Source: an uncultured Bifidobacteriaceae bacterium
Lineage (GTDB): Bacteria > Acidobacteriota > Vicinamibacteria > Vicinamibacterales > UBA2999
Length of the DNA stretch: 64,000 bases
Assembly (NCBI GenBank): GCA_964372085.1
Contig: CAYJPQ010000001.1
Coordinates: 80,435-144,434, forward strand
Direction: 5' to 3'
Part shown: one piece after another, positions 54,644-61,003 of the stretch
Layout: the number at the start of each line of letters is the position of its first letter
How positions within the stretch are numbered: the stretch's first letter is position 1
Notes under the pieces: model-generated
What the model saw: the letters and a program-made list of their open reading frames with translations, nothing else
Databases searched by the model: none
What the model was told of the DNA's origin: nothing
Position numbers and translations under genes: made by a program

Positions 54644-55794
54644 TGCGCCGCCCCCGCGTAGGCCTTGCAGAAGGCCGCGTCCTGCTTGCAGGTGTCCGGC
54701 TTCTCGAGGAGGCGGATGGGCGCCTTCATCACGAGCTCGGTCGAGAAGCGGTCGTGGCAGAAGCCCTGGAGATCGCCGCTCCACTCGGCGTTCGTCTGCA
54801 GGTCCTCGTACTCGCCCGCGCTCGCCTCGCAGATGACGAGGTGCTTGTACTCGGCGCCGTCGACCTTGGCGTAGCGGCAGCCGGTGGGGAGCTGGTCGTT
54901 GGTCCAGCCGGTGAAGGTGAAGCCCTCGACCGCGACCGGGATCGCGTTGTAGTCGCAGGAGCACTCGCTGGTGGCGCGCACGACGCGGCCGCAGATCATC
55001 GGGTCGGAGTTGCGCCAGGTCGCGGGCGAGGCGACGTGGGTGCGCACGCAGCCGGCGATGTCGCGCTGCGCCTCGTAGTTGGCGTCGCCGGGGACGGCGA
55101 CCTTGGCGCCGAGGGCGACGGCCTTCTTCCAGCGCGCCTCGTCGGCGAGGTTCTGGCCGCGGCAGAGCTTGTCGAGCTTCTTTCCCTTCGTGCCGCCGAC
55201 GAGGCTGGCCTGGTAGCAGGCGGCCTGGCGGATCTCGTCGAGGGGCTGGTCGTAGCCGTCGTGGCAGTCTTCGATGAGGGCCGTCGCGGCGCCGCGCGAG
55301 TTGAAGCCCTTCTCCATCCGGACGACGCGCGTCTCGCTCGGCTTCGCGCCGAGGTTGGCCTTGTCGGCCATCGCCGTCTTCAGCTTCGTGTCCTTGCCCG
55401 TCATGTCTTGATAGACCCCGGTGAACACGCACTGGATCTTGGCGCCCGAGGGGACCTCGCCGATGCTCTGCACCACCTTGCCGCCGGCGACGGCGTGGTA
55501 CTCGCAGTACTCCTGGCCGCGATCCTGATCGGTCACGCCGGCGACGTCGCCGCAGTTCCAGCGGATGGTGCCGTCCTTCAGATCCGTCGTGCGGACCGTC
55601 GAGTGGCGCTTGAGGATGGCGTCGCAGACGCCGGCCTGATCGAAGAGCGTCTCGGCGGCGGCCGGCACCACGTTGTCCTCGTCGCCGGTCACGGCGGACT
55701 CCTCGGCGCCGCAGCCCGTCGCGATGGGCGCGGCGAGGAGGAGCAGCGCGCTGATCGTCCGGAGGGGCGAGAAGCTCTTCTTCGAAGCGTGCAT
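54640..55794 (-). CDS. Cys-rich lipoprotein (uncharacterised)
   Basis: ATG 55794 (MHASKKSFSPLRTISALLLLAAPIATGCG, lipobox ATGC), 384 aa. About 20 Cys residues and no recognisable domain by eye. Confidence 0.75.
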   Translation of the reverse strand: MHASKKSFSPLRTISALLLLAAPIATGCGAEESAVTGDEDNVVPAAAETLFDQAGVCDAILKRHSTVRTTDLKDGTIRWNCGDVAGVTDQDRGQEYCEYHAVAGGKVVQSIGEVPSGAKIQCVFTGVYQDMTGKDTKLKTAMADKANLGAKPSETRVVRMEKGFNSRGAATALIEDCHDGYDQPLDEIRQAACYQASLVGGTKGKKLDKLCRGQNLADEARWKKAVALGAKVAVPGDANYEAQRDIAGCVRTHVASPATWRNSDPMICGRVVRATSECSCDYNAIPVAVEGFTFTGWTNDQLPTGCRYAKVDGAEYKHLVICEASAGEYEDLQTNAEWSGDLQGFCHDRFSTELVMKAPIRLLEKPDTCKQDAAFCKAYAGAAQ

Positions 55795-56281
55795 CGTCGG
55801 GATCCTCGTCGGATGAGAGCGGCGTGGTTGAAGTTGACGCCCGTCAAGCACACATCAGGCCACATCGCCCGGGCCGCCGCGGCGCGGCGCCATGGCGCCG
55901 ACTTTGTCCCGCGGTCACCAGCAGTTGCCCTTCGCCGCTTCGCCGAACACCCCGTCTCCCGCCCGCAGCCGTTTCCCGCCGCTCGAGGTGGGAGCATGGA
56001 TCACCACTGGCTCATGTGGATCCCGACGTGACCACACAAACGCCTACATCGGCGACGCACTCCGAGGCCCTGACGGGATCGCATCGCCGGCGCGCCTGGA
56101 GATCGACGAGGGACGCTCGCGAACGCGGCACGCGCGACGCCTCGGCGACCACCGGGCGTGCTCCTTGCAGTCCGGCCGACCCGCCCACGCCCGCTCCGAG
56201 CGAAGCGGCCCGCGCCTCGCTCGAGGAAGAGGGCGCGGGGAAGGGATCGGCCTCGGTTATAATGCGGCGCGTACATCCTTC

Positions 56282-57202
56282 ATGATCTCGGACTCGGCAC
56301 CTCGCTGGCTGGGCGCTCTGGCCGCAGCCGCCGCGCTGCTCACGGCGCCGGGGGCGGCGTCCGCCTACTGCCGCAGCACCACGTGCACCGGCGACTGCGA
56401 GCGCGATCCCGACACCGAGTGCAAGGTCACCGGCCACCCCCTCTACTGGCCGGGCATGTGCGTCGGCTTCAGCCTCCAGCGCGACGGCACGGTCAACATC
56501 CCGATGGACCAGGTGCGGCCGGTCATCGAGGCCTCGTTCATCGCCTGGTCCGACCTCGACTGCGGCGGGAGCACGGCGACGATCGCCTTCTCCGAGCTCG
56601 ACGACGTGGGCTGCCACCGGACCGAGTACAACGAGGAGGGGCCGAACGCGAACATCGTGCTCTTCCAGGACACGAAGTGGAGCTACAAAGGCGTCGACAA
56701 CACGCTGGCGAAGACCACGGTCACCTTCGACAACGACACCGGCGAGATCTTCGACGCCGACATCGAGATCAACCACGCGTACAACTTCTTCACCGTGGGC
56801 GACGTCGACGTGCACTACGACCTCGAGTCGGTCGTGACCCACGAGGTCGGCCACCTCATCGGCCTCGACCACACGCTCGAGATCGACGCGACCATGTTCG
56901 CTTCGTACGACGAGGGGTCGACCGAGCTCCGCACCCTCGCGCCCGACGACATCGACGCCGCCTGCGGCGTGTACCCGCCGGGGCGCGCGGCCGTGTGCGA
57001 TCCCACGCCCCGCCGCGGCCTCGCCGACGCGTGCGGCCCCGACGCGCCCGCCGCGGGCGCCGGCGACGAGGGCGGCTGCTCGGTCGCAGGCGCGCGCGGA
57101 GCCGCCGGCGCCGGCGCCTGCCTCCTCTTCCTCGGTGTCGCCGCCGTGGCACGGCGCCGCAAGCGCGAGGCTCGCCCCGTCGCCCTCATCCCCCGGAGCT
57201 GA
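56282..57202 (+). CDS. matrixin (M10) zinc metalloprotease with MYXO-CTERM-like sorting tail
   Basis: Internal ATG 56282, 306 aa, with signal peptide. HEVGHLIGLDH (HExxHxxGxxH). The C-terminal GGCSVAG...ACLLFLGVAAVARRRKR has the Cys / hydrophobic / basic layout of MYXO-CTERM. Confidence 0.88.
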   Translation: MISDSAPRWLGALAAAAALLTAPGAASAYCRSTTCTGDCERDPDTECKVTGHPLYWPGMCVGFSLQRDGTVNIPMDQVRPVIEASFIAWSDLDCGGSTATIAFSELDDVGCHRTEYNEEGPNANIVLFQDTKWSYKGVDNTLAKTTVTFDNDTGEIFDADIEINHAYNFFTVGDVDVHYDLESVVTHEVGHLIGLDHTLEIDATMFASYDEGSTELRTLAPDDIDAACGVYPPGRAAVCDPTPRRGLADACGPDAPAAGAGDEGGCSVAGARGAAGAGACLLFLGVAAVARRRKREARPVALIPRS

Positions 57203-57203
57203 A

Positions 57204-58004
57204 ATGCGCATCTCGCTCGTGCTCGGTCTTCTCTTCGTCGCCACGGCGGCGTCCGGTGCCTGCTCGGGAACCGAGAGCGCGACGCAGGAGACGCTCTGCA
57301 CGCCCGGCGAGAACATCTTCTGCCGCTGCCGCGGCGGCGCCCCCGGCACCAAGACGTGCAAGCCCGACGGCAACAGCTTCGAGGAGTGCGTCGGCGAGAA
57401 CGGCACCTGCCAGGAGGTCGTCGATCCGACGACGAGCACCGGCGATCCGGGCACGACCACCGGCGATCCCGTGACCACCGGCGGCGGCGGAGGCGGCACC
57501 GGGTCGCTGGCGCTGCTCGAGCCCTGCACCGCCGACGCCGACTGCAAGAGCGGCCTCTGCCCCATGGGCTTTTGCACCAAGGACTGCGCCTCGTACACCG
57601 AGTGCGTCGACGGGCAGGCGCAGGGCGAGTGCGTCCGGCTCAACGGCGACACGGTGCAGTGGTGCGTCGCCTACTGCATCGACCAGAGCGACTGCGCCGC
57701 GTTCGGGGCCGAGAGCCGCTGCGGCTTCGCCAAGACGCTCGACGGCGCGGGGCTCAAGGAGAACACCGGCGGCTACCCGGTCTGCGCCGACTGGGCCGAC
57801 GCCGTGAAGCTCCCGCCCGACGGCACCGACTGCCCCAACGACGCGCCCTGGAACGGCGACGAGGACACGATGTGCCACCTCGGCTTCGGCGGCGCCGAGC
57901 GGGTGTGCGCGTTCGGCAAGTGCACCGACGGCTGCCACGTCGACGAGGACTGCCCCGCGGGGCTCCTCTGCTCTTCGACGGGCTCGCTCGGGACCTGCAA
58001 CTGA
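57204..58004 (+). CDS. Cys-rich lipoprotein, paralogous module to the protein at 42506-43033
   Basis: ATG 57204 with GGAG at 57195 (MRISLVLGLLFVATAASGACSG), 266 aa. Gly/Thr linker followed by modules CTADADCKSGLCPMGFCTKDCASYTEC and CTDGCHVDEDCPAGLLC. Confidence 0.8.
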   Translation: MRISLVLGLLFVATAASGACSGTESATQETLCTPGENIFCRCRGGAPGTKTCKPDGNSFEECVGENGTCQEVVDPTTSTGDPGTTTGDPVTTGGGGGGTGSLALLEPCTADADCKSGLCPMGFCTKDCASYTECVDGQAQGECVRLNGDTVQWCVAYCIDQSDCAAFGAESRCGFAKTLDGAGLKENTGGYPVCADWADAVKLPPDGTDCPNDAPWNGDEDTMCHLGFGGAERVCAFGKCTDGCHVDEDCPAGLLCSSTGSLGTCN

Positions 58005-58050
58005 TCGCGATCGGCGAGCCGCGGCGACCGCGCGCTCCTCAGGAGGCCAC

Positions 58051-59142
58051 GTGACGAAGCGACCCGTTCTCTCGCCCCGCTCGCTCCTTACCGCGGTCAC
58101 GGCGCTGGGCCTCGCCGCCGCCGTCGCGCCCGCGGCGGGCTGCGGCGGCGACGACGGCGGCACCGGCGGCGGCGCGACGACGACGACGGGCACCGGCTCG
58201 CAGGCGTTCTGCGGCGACGGCCAGGTCGGCGACGACGAGGAGTGCGACGACGGCAACTCGGACGACGCCGACGACTGCTTGAACAGCTGCACCCTCGCCC
58301 GCTGCGGCGATCTCGTGGTCCACGCCGGGCTCGAGGAGTGCGACGACGGCAACCTCGACGACTCGGACGACTGCCTGACCTCGTGCGTGCACGCCAGCTG
58401 CGGCGACGGCTTCGTCTGGGCCAACACCGAGCAGTGCGACGACGGCAACGGCGAGGACGGCGACGCCTGCAGCAGCACGTGCACCGCCGGCGCCGGCTGC
58501 GGCAACGGCGTCACCGAGGCCGGCGAGGAGTGCGACGACGGCAACGCCTCGAACTCGGACGCGTGCCTCGCCGCCTGCGTCGCCGCCACCTGCGGCGACG
58601 GCTACGCCCAGCTCGGCGTCGAGGAGTGCGACGACGGCAACGCGGTCGACGACGACAACTGCACCAACGCCTGCACCGTCGGCCAGATGGCGTCGTTCGG
58701 CTGCCCCGGCACGGCGATCGCGGTCCCCGCCGACATGGAGGTGACCACCACCGGCGACACCTCGAGCGCCGCCGACGACGACGAGGGGAGCTGCGGCGGC
58801 TTCGGCGCGCCCGAGGTCGTCTACGAGGTGACGCCGCAGGCGAGCGGCGTGCTCACCATCGCCGTCGCGGGGCTGACCCAGGCGAGCGATCCGGTGCTCT
58901 ACGTGCGCAGCGGCTCGTGCCAGGGCGGCGGCGAGCTCGGCTGCGCCGACCAGTCCTTCGGCGGCGGCACCGAGACGCTGGTGCTCAACGTCACCGCCGG
59001 GACGCCGTACTGGGTCTTCGCCGACGGCTACGACGGCACCGCGGGCTCGTACGCGCTGACCCTCAGCCTGTCGACGAGCGTCGCGGGCGACGACTGCCCG
59101 GGCAACCCCGTCACCATTGCCCTCAACGAGAGCAAGACGTGA
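58051..59142 (+). CDS. lipoprotein with 5 Myxococcus-type cysteine-rich repeats plus a PPC-like beta domain; 5' part of a frameshifted gene
   Basis: GTG 58051 with AGGAGG at 58041. Lipobox AAGCGG. Five repeats of CGDG....EECDDGN...D.C...C. A C-terminal domain, then the start of a second copy (DDCPGNPVTIALNESKT) cut by the TGA at 59140. Confidence 0.85.
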   Translation: MTKRPVLSPRSLLTAVTALGLAAAVAPAAGCGGDDGGTGGGATTTTGTGSQAFCGDGQVGDDEECDDGNSDDADDCLNSCTLARCGDLVVHAGLEECDDGNLDDSDDCLTSCVHASCGDGFVWANTEQCDDGNGEDGDACSSTCTAGAGCGNGVTEAGEECDDGNASNSDACLAACVAATCGDGYAQLGVEECDDGNAVDDDNCTNACTVGQMASFGCPGTAIAVPADMEVTTTGDTSSAADDDEGSCGGFGAPEVVYEVTPQASGVLTIAVAGLTQASDPVLYVRSGSCQGGGELGCADQSFGGGTETLVLNVTAGTPYWVFADGYDGTAGSYALTLSLSTSVAGDDCPGNPVTIALNESKT

Positions 59143-59474
59143 GCGGCAACACCTCGGCGGCGCAGGCCGACCGCAAGGGGCCGCCGCCGTGCGACTCGGC
59201 CTCGACCAAGGAGATCGTCTACCAGGTGACGCCGAGCGCGAACGGCAAGCTCGCGGTGGCGATGGACCCGAGCTACGACGCCTCGCTCTACGCGCGCGCC
59301 GGGAGCTGCACCTCGACGATGCAGCAGCTCGCGTGCTCCGAGACGGGCGGCTCCGGCGTGCCCGAGGCGATCCTCTTCAACGTGACCGCCGGGACCAAGT
59401 ACTGGATCTTCGCCGACGGCCACCTCGGCTCGTCGGGCGCCTACTCGATGGACATCACGCTGCTGCCGCCGTGA
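59139..59474 (+). CDS. continuation (-1 frame) of the preceding gene: rest of the second PPC-like domain
   Basis: (V)SGNTSAAQADRKGPPPCDSASTKEIVYQVTPSANGKLAVAM... aligns residue for residue with TTGDTSSAADDDEGSCGGFGAPEVVYEVTPQASGVLTIAV... of the upstream domain. A GTG at 59139 overlaps the TGA. Confidence 0.7.
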   Translation: MSGNTSAAQADRKGPPPCDSASTKEIVYQVTPSANGKLAVAMDPSYDASLYARAGSCTSTMQQLACSETGGSGVPEAILFNVTAGTKYWIFADGHLGSSGAYSMDITLLPP

Positions 59475-59478
59475 GCCG

Positions 59479-59967
59479 TCAGCCGCCGCGCGCGTCGGCG
59501 CTGGCGCGATCGGCGGCGGCCTGGCTCGCCGCGTAGCGGGCGAACCGCTTCGTCCCGCCCATGAAGACGCGGCCCTGCTCCTTGAGCGCGCGGAGCGCCG
59601 AGGCGACCTCACCGCGCGCGAGCCCCGAGGCGCGCTCGATCTCGGAGACGCTCATCCCCGACGATCCGGCCACGACGCGCGCGACCTCGTCGAGCGACGC
59701 GGCGCGCTGCTCCGAGGTGGGCCGGCCGCGGCCGGCGCGGCGGGCAGGCGCACCGGCCGCCGGCTTCTCCCGCTTCTTGGCGGGCGCGGCGGGCGCCGCT
59801 TGACCGCGAGACCCCGCCGCTCGCGGGCGCCCGAGCCCCGTGAGCGCGCGGGCCGCGCCTCGCTCGATCCCGAGGCGCCCGAGGATGAGATCGGTCACCT
59901 CCTCGGTCAGCTCGCGCGCGTGCCTGGACACGAGGGCCTCGAGCTCCGCCTCGAACGGGGTCGCCAT
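59479..59967 (-). CDS. hypothetical protein with basic linker and C-terminal winged-helix-like DNA-binding region
   Basis: ATG 59967 (MATPFEAELEAL...), 162 aa. Lys/Arg/Ala-rich centre, and a C-terminal MSVSEIERASGLARGEVASALRALKEQGRV that is HTH-like. Confidence 0.55.
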   Translation of the reverse strand: MATPFEAELEALVSRHARELTEEVTDLILGRLGIERGAARALTGLGRPRAAGSRGQAAPAAPAKKREKPAAGAPARRAGRGRPTSEQRAASLDEVARVVAGSSGMSVSEIERASGLARGEVASALRALKEQGRVFMGGTKRFARYAASQAAADRASADARGG

Positions 59968-60117
59968 GGGCCCGGAACGTACCGCCAAGCGCCGAAAGGG
60001 TCGAGTGGGTCACCGGCCGTCGCCGATCCGAGCGCGCGGCGGGCGACGATCCGCACGAAAGGCAGGCGGTCGGTCGAACGTTCGACATTCACGATCGCTC
60101 ATCTAGACTGCGCCCCG

Positions 60118-60939
60118 ATGAGCTGGCTCGACGCCGCCCTGCTCGGAGTCCTCGAAGGGCTGACCGAGTTCCTGCCGGTGTCGTCCACCGGCCACCTCAT
60201 CCTCCTCGGCGGCCAGCTCGGACAGCACGACGAAGCGGCCAAGACGCTCGAGATCGTGATCCAGCTCGGGGCCGTGGTGGCCGTGATCGTCTACTACCGC
60301 GAGCGACTCAGGGATCTCGTGCAGGGCCTCTGGCGCCGCGACGAGGCGAGCGTGCGCCTCGCCACCGCGCTGATCGTCGCGTTCGTGCCCGCGGCCGCCG
60401 TCGGGCTCGCGCTCCACAAGGCGATCAAGGCGCACCTCTTCGGCCCGGTGCCGGTCGCGGCCGCGCTCATCGCCGGCGGCGTGGCCATGATCGCCATCGA
60501 GCGCCGCCGGCGCGGGCGCGGCGAAGAGGCGCTCCTCGGTCTCGAGCACGTCACCCCGCGGCGCGCCCTCTGGATCGGGCTCTCGCAGTGCCTGTCGCTC
60601 TGGCCGGGGGCGTCGCGTTCGATGACCACGATCGTCGGCGGGCAGCTTACCGGGCTCCACACCGCGACCGCGGCCGAGTTCTCCTTCCTGCTCGCCATCC
60701 CCACGCTCGGGGCCGCGACGCTCTTCGATCTCGCCAAGCACGGCCGCGAGCTCGTCGACGCGCCGGGCGGGGCGGTGTCGCTCGGGGTCGGCCTCGCCGT
60801 CTCCTTCGGGGTCGCGCTCGCCGTGATCGCGGCGTTCCTGCGTTACCTGCGCCGCTTCGGGCTCGCGCCCTTCGGCTTCTACCGGATCCTGCTCGGCCTC
60901 GTGGTGCTCGCCGCCGTCTGGCTCGGCGCCATCGCGTAG
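60118..60939 (+). CDS. uppP: undecaprenyl-diphosphate phosphatase
   Basis: Internal ATG 60118 (MSWLDAALLGVLEGLTEFLPVSSTGHLIL), 273 aa. BacA/UppP signature EFLPVSSTGH. Polytopic membrane protein. Confidence 0.92.
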   Translation: MSWLDAALLGVLEGLTEFLPVSSTGHLILLGGQLGQHDEAAKTLEIVIQLGAVVAVIVYYRERLRDLVQGLWRRDEASVRLATALIVAFVPAAAVGLALHKAIKAHLFGPVPVAAALIAGGVAMIAIERRRRGRGEEALLGLEHVTPRRALWIGLSQCLSLWPGASRSMTTIVGGQLTGLHTATAAEFSFLLAIPTLGAATLFDLAKHGRELVDAPGGAVSLGVGLAVSFGVALAVIAAFLRYLRRFGLAPFGFYRILLGLVVLAAVWLGAIA

Positions 60940-61003
60940 GTGGGCGCTCACGATGGGGGCTCCGCCCCCAAAACCAGGGCGGAACACGCTAAGCTCGCTC
61001 CCC

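Noticed and set aside
59122-59145. Programmed -1 ribosomal frameshift joining 58051-59142 to 59139-59474.
   Set aside because: There is no slippery heptamer at the shift site and no obvious downstream pseudoknot. A single-base indel is the simpler explanation.
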